From a virus, in IMG/VR virus record IMGVR_UViG_3300000302_000006, positions 1 through 55,381 of that record: DNA of 55,381 nucleotides. The stretch is one strand, 5' to 3'. Below are positions 28,343-38,143 of the stretch, in pieces. Below the pieces are notes generated by a model. It ran no database searches and had not been told where the DNA came from. It saw only the letters and a program-made list of their open reading frames with translations. Numbering within the stretch: position 1 is the first letter of the stretch; every line of letters begins with the position of its first letter. Position numbers and translations under genes: made by a program.

Positions 28343-28367
28343 CCTCCGACAAGAAAGGAGGTTTTTT

Positions 28368-28550
28368 ATGCTTTACGACAAGATTAAAAGCATAGCGCAC
28401 GAAAAGGGGATACCAATTTACAAGATTGAAGATGAGTGCGACCTTGCTCGTGGAAGTGTGGGAAAGTGGAACACCGTATGTCCGTCCGGCGAAAAAGTAA
28501 AGCGAGTCGCGGATTATCTTGGTGTAACGGCAGATGAGTTGCTGGGGTAG
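28368..28550 (+). CDS. Cro-like HTH protein
   Basis: 60 aa XRE HTH. First gene of the rightward operon. Confidence 0.75.
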   Translation: MLYDKIKSIAHEKGIPIYKIEDECDLARGSVGKWNTVCPSGEKVKRVADYLGVTADELLG

Positions 28551-28562
28551 AAAGGAGAACGG

Positions 28563-29339
28563 ATGAACGAATTACAGATTTTTGTTTCAAAAGAGTTCGG
28601 AGAGATTCGGACAGTAACTATTGACAATGAACCGTGGTTTGTTGGAAAGGATGTAGCAACTGCACTCGGGTACAAAAATACGAGACAGGCAATTTTAACA
28701 AACGTCATGGATGAAGATAAGGGAGTCCATTCCGTGGACACCCCCTCTGGAAAGCAGGAAATGACGGTAATCAACGAGTCCGGCTTATACGCTCTCATCT
28801 TCGGTAGCAAACTCGATTCAGCAAAGCGGTTTAAGCACTGGGTAACAAGTGAAGTTCTGCCGAGTATACGGAAACACGGAATGTATGCAGTGGATGAGCT
28901 TGTAAATAATCCAGAACTACTTATTAAAGTAGCGACCGAATTGAAAGAAGAACGTGAGAAGAACAGGGAGCTTGAGAATACCGTACATGAAATGAATAAA
29001 ACAATCGGCGAGCTTACACCGAAAGCAAATTATGTAGATGTTATTCTCAAAAGTAAATCCACGGTTCTTGTGACTCAGATAGCGCAGGATTACGGGATGT
29101 CAGCAAAGGCATTTAATAAGCTGCTCAAAGATTTGCACATTCAGCATAAAGTAGGACAGCAGTGGATTTTATATCGACCGTATCTTGGAAACGATTATGT
29201 TCACAGCAAAACCATTGACATCATACGTTCGGACGGAAGACCTGATGTGAAGATGCAGACTGAATGGACACAAAAAGGAAGGCTGTTTCTTTATGAAACG
29301 CTTAAAGAACATGACATTTATCCATTGATAGAAAGGTGA
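28563..29339 (+). CDS. antirepressor (BRO-N + KilAC/ANT domains)
   Basis: [34 protein letters not shown] (BRO-N). C-terminal ANT-like [25 protein letters not shown]. Confidence 0.85.
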   Translation: MNELQIFVSKEFGEIRTVTIDNEPWFVGKDVATALGYKNTRQAILTNVMDEDKGVHSVDTPSGKQEMTVINESGLYALIFGSKLDSAKRFKHWVTSEVLPSIRKHGMYAVDELVNNPELLIKVATELKEEREKNRELENTVHEMNKTIGELTPKANYVDVILKSKSTVLVTQIAQDYGMSAKAFNKLLKDLHIQHKVGQQWILYRPYLGNDYVHSKTIDIIRSDGRPDVKMQTEWTQKGRLFLYETLKEHDIYPLIER

Positions 29340-29345
29340 CTAAAT

Positions 29346-29549
29346 ATGAAGAAAAGAGAAGCGATGGCAGTATTTAATTCAAGAATTGTCAACGGACAGG
29401 TGAACATGGAGTTCCTACACGACAAAAAGGAATTGAAAAAAGAAATACGAAGATTGTCCGACATTGACGAGGGGTTTGAGGATGCGGTGTTTGAGCTTGG
29501 GGTTTCAGTGTTGGCAAAGAAATTTTTGAAAGAAATGAGGTGTGATTAA
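29346..29549 (+). CDS. hypothetical
   Basis: ORF. Confidence 0.45.
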   Translation: MKKREAMAVFNSRIVNGQVNMEFLHDKKELKKEIRRLSDIDEGFEDAVFELGVSVLAKKFLKEMRCD

Positions 29550-29551
29550 GA

Positions 29552-29665
29552 ATGTATATACCTGAATTTTGGTGCGGAGTGATCGCAACCGTGTTAGCAG
29601 AAGTTATAGCACTTACATTGGCGGTCGCAATCAGTACATGGAAAAACGGAAAGGGAAAGAAATGA
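29552..29665 (+). CDS. 37-aa single-TM peptide
   Basis: My own translation MYIPEFWCGVIATVLAEVIALTLAVAISTWKNGKGKK. ATGA overlap with the next gene. Confidence 0.35.
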   Translation: MYIPEFWCGVIATVLAEVIALTLAVAISTWKNGKGKK

Positions 29666-29862
29666 AGAGACCGAGAAGACTGACTCGTAGTCAGAAAGAG
29701 TACTTGTCTGCGCATTACATGAAGCCCGAGGACTGGATGCTTGTGGAAGAGACTGGATTTTACTTGAAAATCATCAACAAGCAGACCGGAAAAGTCAGGA
29801 GTGTGGACAAGTTTAAGAGAGCGAAGAAAGGAATAAGAAGAAATGACAAAGCAGGAAATTGA
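29662..29862 (+). CDS. hypothetical basic protein
   Basis: ORF, coupled start. Confidence 0.45.
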   Translation: MKRPRRLTRSQKEYLSAHYMKPEDWMLVEETGFYLKIINKQTGKVRSVDKFKRAKKGIRRNDKAGN

Positions 29863-30028
29863 CGTACTGAGATTTGATCGTGCGCTAATTTTTCCGGTGG
29901 CAGAAACAAAGCCGAAGAGAAAGAAAAAGCATGGTATGAGCTTTGAGCGCAAAGTAATTATTGGACAGTGGTTTGTGATCGGCGTTCTGGCTGTGATGAA
30001 CTACATATTGCAGGTCGGACCGATTTGA
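29843..30028 (+). CDS. hypothetical, C-terminal TM
   Basis: ORF. Confidence 0.4.
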   Translation: MTKQEIDVLRFDRALIFPVAETKPKRKKKHGMSFERKVIIGQWFVIGVLAVMNYILQVGPI

Positions 30029-30032
30029 AAGG

Positions 30033-30752
30033 ATGAAATACATGGGAATTACATATAAGGAATATGCGTGGTTGATTGAACCAGATAACATAAAATCTAT
30101 ATATATTGGCGGAGTTTGCGGGTGTCCAAATTCTTATAGAATAAGTGACTGTACCTTCGATTCATGCGATGGGGATTTCGGTGAAGAAGAATGCTCTAAA
30201 TGCTGGAATCAGAAAATTTCATATCCTGTGATCGCGGAGGCGGTCAGAGACGGATACGCAGGATTTGACTATAAAAAAGGCGAAAGGTTCAAAGTCGCGT
30301 CATGTGAAATCGAGGGTGATGTTGAGATTTATCATTCAGAATCATATGACGGCAAATTTTATATCGAACGTAATTTGGATGATTTTAAATTCTACATTGA
30401 TAAGGAGGAAAAGAAAGTGCAGAAAGAATTTACAAAGGCAGACTTAAAAGACGGAATGATGTGTGAAATGGCAGACGGTGAAAAGATGCTGTGGTTTAAT
30501 GGTGCAATGCGAGGGACTGACACTTGGTGTTCTGGAACCCAGAATGATTTAACCGGATGTATAGCAATGATCTTGGATATTGTTAAAGTTGTCTATCCTG
30601 ATTTTGATAGGTACGGCTCTATTTCACATGCGTTAAACGGTGATTTTAAGGAGGTTATCTGGGAACGCAAGCAGGAGAGGGAAATCAGTTCAGATGAGGC
30701 ATTTGCAGTCCTGAAGGAGCATTACGGATGTGACGTAAAGATTAAGGAGTGA
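30033..30752 (+). CDS. hypothetical Cys-rich protein
   Basis: ORF. Confidence 0.5.
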   Translation: MKYMGITYKEYAWLIEPDNIKSIYIGGVCGCPNSYRISDCTFDSCDGDFGEEECSKCWNQKISYPVIAEAVRDGYAGFDYKKGERFKVASCEIEGDVEIYHSESYDGKFYIERNLDDFKFYIDKEEKKVQKEFTKADLKDGMMCEMADGEKMLWFNGAMRGTDTWCSGTQNDLTGCIAMILDIVKVVYPDFDRYGSISHALNGDFKEVIWERKQEREISSDEAFAVLKEHYGCDVKIKE

Positions 30753-30757
30753 TTACT

Positions 30758-31141
30758 ATGTCAGCTATTTACTACAAGACACACATGGAAGAAATGCCGA
30801 AGAACTGTGTTGAGTGTGAATCAAGAATGTACTGCCACTTGCCCCGGGATATTGGAACGACTGAGGGCAAACCCGAGTACAGCAAGAAACGCCACAAGAA
30901 CTGCCCGCTTATCGAGGACAAGAATCCGGTCAAGATTATGAACGAGGACGAGTTTACAGCGTATCTGGCAGAAGTTAAACATAATCTTGCCTACATGGAA
31001 CCGGGAGACGGAAAACTAATCACGCTTATTGGAGTTGTAGAAAGTGGTAGGCATTGGACGCCGGAACTTGCTTTCACAGGTTCGCAGCTTGTCCGCATAT
31101 TTGCTCTTGGATTCGCAGAAGAATCAAAAGAACGCCCATAA
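30758..31141 (+). CDS. hypothetical Cys-containing protein
   Basis: AAGGAG SD 8 nt upstream. Confidence 0.5.
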   Translation: MSAIYYKTHMEEMPKNCVECESRMYCHLPRDIGTTEGKPEYSKKRHKNCPLIEDKNPVKIMNEDEFTAYLAEVKHNLAYMEPGDGKLITLIGVVESGRHWTPELAFTGSQLVRIFALGFAEESKERP

Positions 31142-31214
31142 AGGAGTCGGCAAACTCGGGCGTTCTGGTATAAAACCGATTTTATTATAACACAATGAAA
31201 GGAAATTATGAAAT

Positions 31215-33278
31215 ATGAAGATTCAGCTCTTAAAAATGCATATCCAGAATTTTAAAGGATGCAAGGACAGAGAGATTGCTTTTGGTGATAGAACAGACAT
31301 CAAAGGCGCAAATGCCACAGGCAAGACCACGGTATTTGATGCGTTCACATGGTTGCTGTTCGGAAAAGATTCTCTCGGCAGTGCGAAGTTTGATATTCGA
31401 CCTCTGGATGCTGACGGAAACATGATTAATAATCTTGAGATCAGCGTTGAAGCGTTAATCCGTGTGGATGATGAAGAATATACGCTGAAAAAGACGCAGA
31501 AACAGGTATGGCGCAAGAAGCGTGGCACTGACACGACAGAATTTAATGGCAATGTCAATGAGTTCGAGATTAACGGCTATCCGAAGTCGGAAAAGGAATT
31601 TAAGGCATTTATCGCTGGAATTATTGACGAGAATATCTTCAATCTTGTGACGAATCCGAACGCTTTCAACGCTCTGCCGTGGAAAGAACAACGTGAAATT
31701 CTGATGAAGTTTGTCGGCGTTATGTCTGATGCAGAAATCGCTCTTACATATGGAGACAAGTACATCCTGTTAATACCGGAGCTGAAAATCGCAAGCACGG
31801 ACGACATCTTAAAGAAGTATACAAAGGCGAAGAACACGCTGAACAAGCAAATGACAGAGATACCGGCTCGTATTGATGAATTGTCAAAGCAGATTGTTTC
31901 TGTTGATTTAGGCGCGCTGGAAGTACAGAAAGCGGCGAAACAGGCAGAATTAAAGCGTATAGAAGATTCTCTTTCCGGCGGAGCAGGTTCGCTAGAAAAA
32001 ATCAATGAGTACAGGCAGCGTGTGATTGAAGAGAAATTTAAGTTGAGTGAATTGCAGAATAATGCGAACGCTGAACTTGACGAAAAACGTAGGACAGCAA
32101 GACAGGCGGTCAATGATGCGGACGATAAGGTTACAAAAACCGAAAGAGAGATTCTGGATGCTGAGTATCTGAAAGAAGATTACATCAAGGCGAGAGATCA
32201 TGCTGAAGCTGATAAAACACGATATGCGGAAGAATATACCGAGTGGAAAAACAAAAGATTTTCAGAGTTTGTTCCGCTTGAAGAATATTCTGAACCGTTA
32301 CCGCTTACGGATAAAGATTTGACTTGTCCAACTTGTGGACAGGCATTACCTGAAGAAGTGCGGAAACAGCGTATTTCAGACCATGAGAAGCGTTGCAAAC
32401 AGTTACGCGCAGAATATGAGGAACGTAAGATTAAGCATGAAGCGGATTATGACAACGCGAAAGCACGTTTTGAAAGAGACAGAAAAGAGAAACTTTCAGA
32501 AATATTAAAGATAGGACATAAGCTGAAATCTGATGTTGAATCATACCAGAAACAGATTGATGAGCAGGAAAAGGAAATCTCTGCTTTAAAATTACGGCTT
32601 GAATGTGAAAAAGCTGACCTGTCTAAAGCGAAGAAAGACCTTGATGCTATTCCGTCTTATGCTGACATTTCCGACAATGCTGACTACATAAAGACACAAG
32701 AAATCATTCAAAGTCTTGAAGCTCAGATTGAAGAATTGAGGAAAGAAACACCTGACAATACAGAAGCAGAAGCGAGAAGGGATATTCTCCGTAACGAAAT
32801 ATCTGATATTGAAGCGCAGATCAAGGCTGCGGACAACACAAAAGTCAAAGAGCGTATCGAAGAACTGGAAGAAGAGCAGAAGTCAATCGGGCAGAAGATT
32901 GCAGAGCAGGAGCAGATGATTGACCTGACCGAGAGTTTTATCCGGGCGAAAATGAACATGATTTCAGAGAAAATCAATGAAAAGTTCAAGGTTGTTCGAT
33001 TCTCGCTGTTTGAAAATCAGATCAACGGCGGATTAAAAGAAACCTGCGAATGTACCGTGAACGGCGTTCCGTATTCTTCGCTGAATAACGGACACCGGAT
33101 TATTGCCGGACTTGACATTATCCGTTCGTTGTCTGAATTGTACGGCGTGAGCGCTCCTGTATTTACGGATAATTCAGAGTCAATCAGTACAGGGAACTTC
33201 CCGGATATGGACACGCAGATTATTCACCTTATTGTAACTGACGATAAGGAATTGACCGTAGAAAGCGAGGACAAATAA
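31215..33278 (+). CDS. Rad50/SbcC-like AAA ATPase with coiled coil and CxxC zinc hook
   Basis: Walker A GANATGKTT, long coiled coil, LTCPTCGQALPEE hook, C-terminal signature/Walker B region. Confidence 0.85.
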   Translation: MKIQLLKMHIQNFKGCKDREIAFGDRTDIKGANATGKTTVFDAFTWLLFGKDSLGSAKFDIRPLDADGNMINNLEISVEALIRVDDEEYTLKKTQKQVWRKKRGTDTTEFNGNVNEFEINGYPKSEKEFKAFIAGIIDENIFNLVTNPNAFNALPWKEQREILMKFVGVMSDAEIALTYGDKYILLIPELKIASTDDILKKYTKAKNTLNKQMTEIPARIDELSKQIVSVDLGALEVQKAAKQAELKRIEDSLSGGAGSLEKINEYRQRVIEEKFKLSELQNNANAELDEKRRTARQAVNDADDKVTKTEREILDAEYLKEDYIKARDHAEADKTRYAEEYTEWKNKRFSEFVPLEEYSEPLPLTDKDLTCPTCGQALPEEVRKQRISDHEKRCKQLRAEYEERKIKHEADYDNAKARFERDRKEKLSEILKIGHKLKSDVESYQKQIDEQEKEISALKLRLECEKADLSKAKKDLDAIPSYADISDNADYIKTQEIIQSLEAQIEELRKETPDNTEAEARRDILRNEISDIEAQIKAADNTKVKERIEELEEEQKSIGQKIAEQEQMIDLTESFIRAKMNMISEKINEKFKVVRFSLFENQINGGLKETCECTVNGVPYSSLNNGHRIIAGLDIIRSLSELYGVSAPVFTDNSESISTGNFPDMDTQIIHLIVTDDKELTVESEDK

Positions 33279-33578
33279 ATGATTAAGGTTGATGGAGGAA
33301 ACATAGAAATTTCAGGAAACGGATTACGGGTAACAACAGAATTTTCAATGCTTGTACATCTGTTGTTGAAACTGGAAGTAGATTCAGGAATACCGGAAGA
33401 TATTGCGAAAAAGATGCTCAGGCAGGACTTTGAGACCGGTTTAAAAACCGAAAAAGAAATCAAAAAAGAAGCAGATAAAATCAGGAGCGAAATCCACGTG
33501 AATGCGCCGGAAGTTTCAAAAGCGATTACGGATTTACTCGATTCAATTTTCGGAGGTAAGCCCAATGCTGATAATTAA
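33279..33578 (+). CDS. hypothetical
   Basis: ORF. Confidence 0.45.
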   Translation: MIKVDGGNIEISGNGLRVTTEFSMLVHLLLKLEVDSGIPEDIAKKMLRQDFETGLKTEKEIKKEADKIRSEIHVNAPEVSKAITDLLDSIFGGKPNADN

Positions 33579-33774
33579 AGCAAGATACCTGAAAAACGGA
33601 GAGATAATCGGCAGGGAATATGCTTTTTGCACTGACATTCTGGTAAAACCCGGAGATACCGTGGAGGTCGGAAAAGCACAGGCAGTTGTCACAAAAGTGA
33701 ATATTCCCGAGGAAGATATACTTCCGTTTCGGGATAAGCTGAAAAAGATTGATAGAAAGGTGGAAACAGAATAA
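33565..33774 (+). CDS. hypothetical
   Basis: ORF plus GGAGG SD. Confidence 0.45.
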   Translation: MLIIKARYLKNGEIIGREYAFCTDILVKPGDTVEVGKAQAVVTKVNIPEEDILPFRDKLKKIDRKVETE

Positions 33775-34010
33775 TGACAGTATATGAACTGATTCAGGAA
33801 TTATGCCAATATGATGCAGATGCAGAGGTCTCTGTAAATGTAAAAGTAAATCGTTATCGTACAGATGCGAGAGTTATGGAAGATGCAGAAAACGGAGATT
33901 ATGTCGATTCGGAAGTCGAATTTGAGGAAACTGCAGATGATTTTGCAGTTGAAGAAGAAAGAAGTATTAGAGGGAAAACATCAGCAGTAATCACTGTGGA
34001 ATTAGAGTAA
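33774..34010 (+). CDS. strongly acidic 78-aa protein
   Basis: About 22 Asp/Glu versus 7 Lys/Arg by my count. Confidence 0.5.
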   Translation: MTVYELIQELCQYDADAEVSVNVKVNRYRTDARVMEDAENGDYVDSEVEFEETADDFAVEEERSIRGKTSAVITVELE

Positions 34011-34024
34011 TGGAGGACGAATAA

Positions 34025-35095
34025 ATGGCAGAAGAAAAGAAAGAGGTAGCTCAGAAACAGGAATTTACCACAGCTCTGAGTAACTGGACAAATACAATCA
34101 CAGGGCTTGTTACCCGTGACTTTGAACAGTGCGGAGTTGAGTTTGACGAATACTCAAAGAGATGCGCCATGTCCGCAATGAGCAGTATTTATCAACTTGT
34201 GCAGAACACGGATAAGGCTGAAATGAGCGACTTGAACACGTCAAACCTGAGAGAGATTGTCGAACAGTGCGCAAGCCTTAAATTAAATGCTAACGCCGTT
34301 CCGAGAGAGGTTTACTTCCAGTTGAGAAGTAAGCAGATAAACGGCGAATGGAAAAAGGTTGTCGAAATGGGAATCGAGGGAGATGGCAATGATGCAATGC
34401 TCCGGCAGTTTGGAAATGAGGTGGCAAAAGTACATCCCTGTTGGATTGTAAAAGAGGGGGACGAGTTTATTCGTCCGAAGCGTGTCGGTATGGAGATTAC
34501 GCCGCCGTCATGGGAGCAGAAAGGACTTTCGGAAAAGGTTGTCGCTGTTGTATATCCGGTTCAGCTTACGAATGGTTCAATCGAATACCTGATTGCTGAG
34601 CGTGAAAGTGTCAAAACAAACCTGATCGCTCACATCCGAAACAATATGATGAATGAGACATTTGGATTTGTTACAGGAACAAAAACTGATAAATACGGCA
34701 AAAAGGTCGATAGAACAAGGTATGATGCTACGGCAGAAGAAAAAGCGAAAATCAAGGCAAAGAAAGAAGAAATCCTGTCAGCGGTTCGTGAATGCGAGAC
34801 TCTTGACGATATGCTGAAATGCCCGTCCGCACAGCCGTATATTTCCGCTGCATGGCTCGATACGCCGGAGCAGATGATTACCAGAAAACTCCGCAACAAT
34901 GCAATCAAGAAATTCCCGAAAGACATGAACAGCATGGCGAATCATTCTCTTTTACAGCTTGACGAGGGATACAAAGCATCACGGGAGGAAATCACCGAGC
35001 ATGAGAACTCAGAACCGTTTGAGGTTGATGAGGGCAAAGTTGTTGATTCTGAGGCGGTAGAAGTTGAGCCGGATTTTGTAAAGGAGAGTGAGTGA
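34025..35095 (+). CDS. single-strand annealing protein (RecT-like)
   Basis: Context between the ATPase, nuclease and SSB genes, plus a RecT-like central pattern. Not verified. Confidence 0.55.
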   Translation: MAEEKKEVAQKQEFTTALSNWTNTITGLVTRDFEQCGVEFDEYSKRCAMSAMSSIYQLVQNTDKAEMSDLNTSNLREIVEQCASLKLNANAVPREVYFQLRSKQINGEWKKVVEMGIEGDGNDAMLRQFGNEVAKVHPCWIVKEGDEFIRPKRVGMEITPPSWEQKGLSEKVVAVVYPVQLTNGSIEYLIAERESVKTNLIAHIRNNMMNETFGFVTGTKTDKYGKKVDRTRYDATAEEKAKIKAKKEEILSAVRECETLDDMLKCPSAQPYISAAWLDTPEQMITRKLRNNAIKKFPKDMNSMANHSLLQLDEGYKASREEITEHENSEPFEVDEGKVVDSEAVEVEPDFVKESE

Positions 35096-35400
35096 TTGTG
35101 AAAAGATTGTATGCAGTGACAATGCAGAATGGAGACAAGTTTGGAGTACCGGCAGAAGTTATTGCCGATAACTACGCCAAGTATTATGAGAGTCTCGGAG
35201 AGGACTACAAAGAGAATTTCGATACAATGCTTCATTGGTTTGATACAAATGACTATGAATTTGCTGACTGGGCGAAAAATAATATGGATTGGTCAGATGT
35301 CGAGGATAAAGCGATACTTATCAAACACAATCCGCCGCAGCCTGATTTTGAGGACGGATGGGTGAACGGAGAGTATCAGTATTTGACAGAGGAAGAATGA
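35092..35400 (+). CDS. acidic hypothetical protein
   Basis: ORF. Confidence 0.45.
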   Translation: MIVKRLYAVTMQNGDKFGVPAEVIADNYAKYYESLGEDYKENFDTMLHWFDTNDYEFADWAKNNMDWSDVEDKAILIKHNPPQPDFEDGWVNGEYQYLTEEE

Positions 35401-35401
35401 C

Positions 35402-36136
35402 ATGAAACTCAAAGTAATAAACTCCGGTTCTTCCGGTAACGGATATGCTCTTATTTCAGGGGCGGGAGAAATCCTGCTTCTGGAATGCGGAGTAAAAGGA
35501 ATCGAAATGAAACGGGCGATAGATTTTCGGATCGGGAATGTGATTGGATGCTTGCTTACCCATATCCACCTGGATCACTCAGGCAGAATAAAGGACTATC
35601 TCAACTCCGGCATTAAGGTTTACACAAGTGACGAAGTGGCGAGTGACATCCTGACCGTGACAGGAGAGAAAACCGTTCCATTACCACGGATGCATAAGAA
35701 GAAACTCGGAAGCTTTACAGTGATACCGTTTTCCGTTCCGCACAATGGTACAGAGTGTGACGGGTGGCTGATAACTCACGAAAAATTAGGTCGCTTGCTA
35801 TTTATTACAGATGCGGAGTATTGCCCGTATGACTTCTCAAAAATGGGAATCACTCATGCCATGATTGAGTGCAACTACTCTGAGGACTACATAGAGAATG
35901 ATGCTGAAAACCTGTCGCACGTTCTCCGGGGACATATGGAATTACAAACGTGTAAACGGCTCATACAGACGATTGAAAGCCCTGAGCTAAGAAGTGTAGG
36001 CTTGATACATTTGAGCGGTCAGAACAGCGATTCAGAGCGTTTCAGGCAGGAAATAAAAGAAGCCGTTGACTGTGACGTGAATGTATGGGTGGCAGATAAA
36101 GGATTTGAGACTGAATTGAGTCTTGAACCATTTTAG
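35402..36136 (+). CDS. metallo-beta-lactamase-fold nuclease/hydrolase
   Basis: HIHLDHSG (HxHxDH) motif. Confidence 0.8.
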   Translation: MKLKVINSGSSGNGYALISGAGEILLLECGVKGIEMKRAIDFRIGNVIGCLLTHIHLDHSGRIKDYLNSGIKVYTSDEVASDILTVTGEKTVPLPRMHKKKLGSFTVIPFSVPHNGTECDGWLITHEKLGRLLFITDAEYCPYDFSKMGITHAMIECNYSEDYIENDAENLSHVLRGHMELQTCKRLIQTIESPELRSVGLIHLSGQNSDSERFRQEIKEAVDCDVNVWVADKGFETELSLEPF

Positions 36137-36148
36137 GAGAATAATAAA

Positions 36149-36376
36149 ATGCAAGATTTTTTATTGAATGCTATACAGAATGTAAAAAAACAACCCTCAG
36201 TAACTTATATTCCAATAGAAGAATTTGACGGAATCGAAGAACTGACAGAGTTTGTTGAGACATCTGAAAAGAACGGAGTTGTAGCATATCTTCACCATGA
36301 AACAAGTGATTCTCATCAAGGTGTAGTTGTTCAAATATTTAACAGAATGCGCATTGCTGTGGGGGTGACGAAATGA
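36149..36376 (+). CDS. hypothetical
   Basis: ORF. Confidence 0.45.
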   Translation: MQDFLLNAIQNVKKQPSVTYIPIEEFDGIEELTEFVETSEKNGVVAYLHHETSDSHQGVVVQIFNRMRIAVGVTK

Positions 36377-36591
36377 AAATCAGAACAAAATACGCTGAAC
36401 TTGTCGGGTATGTGACATTTAAAGGCGAGCGGTTTAATGAATGGCGTTGTCCTGATGAAGACTGCGGTATGCACGTTCTTGAAGAATACAGCTTTTGTCC
36501 GTATTGCGGTAGAAAGTTGAAGTTTAAAGAACCCGAAAAATGTGACATGATTTCAATTTCAGTATCAGACAAAGCAAAGGAGATATTATGA
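36373..36591 (+). CDS. zinc-ribbon protein
   Basis: CPDEDCG...CPYCG. Confidence 0.5.
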   Translation: MKIRTKYAELVGYVTFKGERFNEWRCPDEDCGMHVLEEYSFCPYCGRKLKFKEPEKCDMISISVSDKAKEIL

Positions 36592-36815
36592 AGCGAAAAA
36601 TAGCAATTGAGATAGAGAAAGAAATCGAAGAGTATTGGCTTCTCAGAGGAATTTATGATGATGGAGTACAGGAAAAAGTTATCTCTGAAAAGGAATTTGA
36701 CAGGCATCCAACAATAGGGGAAATTGCTGATTTTCTGGAAGAAAGCAAAGCGACATTTGTATCCATTGAGCACAACTATCGGTTTTCCTCATCCAGAATC
36801 AGAATTGACGTTTGA
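36588..36815 (+). CDS. hypothetical
   Basis: ORF. Confidence 0.45.
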   Translation: MKRKIAIEIEKEIEEYWLLRGIYDDGVQEKVISEKEFDRHPTIGEIADFLEESKATFVSIEHNYRFSSSRIRIDV

Positions 36816-36839
36816 ATAATCGTAAAGGAGTGATGACTT

Positions 36840-37280
36840 ATCAATAAAGCAATATTAGTCGGACGACTCACAAGAGACCCCGAAGTTAGATATTCACAGG
36901 GTGATAAACCTACAGCAGTAGCAAATTACACGCTTGCGGTAAACAGAAAGTTTTCCAGAGACGGAGAGCCTACGGCAGACTTCATTCCGTGCGTAGCGTT
37001 TGGAAAACTGGCAGAGTTCGCAGAAAAATATTTCCGTCAGGGGTTGCGCGTTTCCGTTTCCGGTCATATTCAGACAAGTAATTACACCAATAAGGACGGC
37101 GTGAAAGTTTACACAACGCAGGTCATAATCGAGGAACAGGAGTTTGCGGAAAGCAGAGCGGAGCAGAAACAGAACAATAATGTACAGGCAGGTCCGTCTC
37201 CATATGGTCCGACACCGGATTCTGCGGATGGATTTTTAAATATTCCGGATGGAATTGATGATGAAGTTCCGTTTGCGTAG
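36840..37280 (+). CDS. ssb: single-stranded DNA-binding protein; no canonical start codon (apparent ATC start)
   Basis: The translation from 36840 reads (I/M)NKAILVGRLTRDPEVRY...DDEVPFA, a full OB fold plus an acidic tip. Two in-frame TGA codons lie at 36831-36836. The first ATG/GTG/TTG is only at 37044. Confidence 0.8.
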   Translation: MNKAILVGRLTRDPEVRYSQGDKPTAVANYTLAVNRKFSRDGEPTADFIPCVAFGKLAEFAEKYFRQGLRVSVSGHIQTSNYTNKDGVKVYTTQVIIEEQEFAESRAEQKQNNNVQAGPSPYGPTPDSADGFLNIPDGIDDEVPFA

Positions 37281-37283
37281 GAG

Positions 37284-37886
37284 GTGTTCGAGTTGAATCA
37301 ACGACAGAATATCGCCAGAGCAAAGGCAATCGAGCGAGAAAACAAGAATCGCCTGCTTGAAGTTAATCCCGATCTGGACGAGGACAGCGGAATCTACTTT
37401 CTGACAAGAATTGACGAGAACGGTATTAAGTACGCTTATGTGGGACAGGCAAAACACATATTGACGAGACTTGCACAGCACCTTGTTGGTTTCCAGCATA
37501 TTGACCTTTCGATAAGAAAACATGGGTTTTATGCGGATGATAATCCGCATGGTTACAAAATCGGTTTCCAAAAGTTTAAAGAAAGCGTGCTTGACCAGAA
37601 AGAACAGCAATATATCAAAACATATGCAAATTACGGTTATCAGCTCCGAAACAAGACGGCAGGCGGTCAGTGCGAGGGAAAGACTCAAATTGACGAATAC
37701 AGACCGCAGAAAGGCTACCGTGACGGAATCAAGCAGGGGAAGAAAAGTCTTGCCCGGGAGTTATCGCACATCATTGACACGCATTTGACCGTAGAGCTTA
37801 GACCGGAAAAGGCGAATAACAAAGTATCCCAGAAAGCATTTGAGAAGTTCAAGGGATTGTTAGATGAAAGGAGTTATGAAGAATGA
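37284..37886 (+). CDS. GIY-YIG nuclease (free-standing homing-endonuclease-like)
   Basis: SGIYFLTRIDENGIKYAYVGQAKHILTRLAQH. Confidence 0.75.
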   Translation: MFELNQRQNIARAKAIERENKNRLLEVNPDLDEDSGIYFLTRIDENGIKYAYVGQAKHILTRLAQHLVGFQHIDLSIRKHGFYADDNPHGYKIGFQKFKESVLDQKEQQYIKTYANYGYQLRNKTAGGQCEGKTQIDEYRPQKGYRDGIKQGKKSLARELSHIIDTHLTVELRPEKANNKVSQKAFEKFKGLLDERSYEE

Positions 37887-38143
37887 CGGCGGAAGAGGCG
37901 ATCCAGTTAATCAGATTATACGTCGGAAATTGGTATAAGCCGGAAATTATTCAGGAGGCAATAGATGTGGCGGTTAAAGCACTCGAAAAGGAGATACCAA
38001 AATTGCCAGAAAGATATATTAAACCCGGTGTTTGCGTATGTCCGAATTGTCATGGGATTATAGAGGCTCATACATCAAAAACATTTTGTGCTTATTGCGG
38101 ACAATCAATAACATACAGTGAATCCGAATCAGCGGACGAATGA
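37883..38143 (+). CDS. zinc-ribbon protein
   Basis: CVCPNCHG...CAYCGQ. Confidence 0.5.
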   Translation: MTAEEAIQLIRLYVGNWYKPEIIQEAIDVAVKALEKEIPKLPERYIKPGVCVCPNCHGIIEAHTSKTFCAYCGQSITYSESESADE

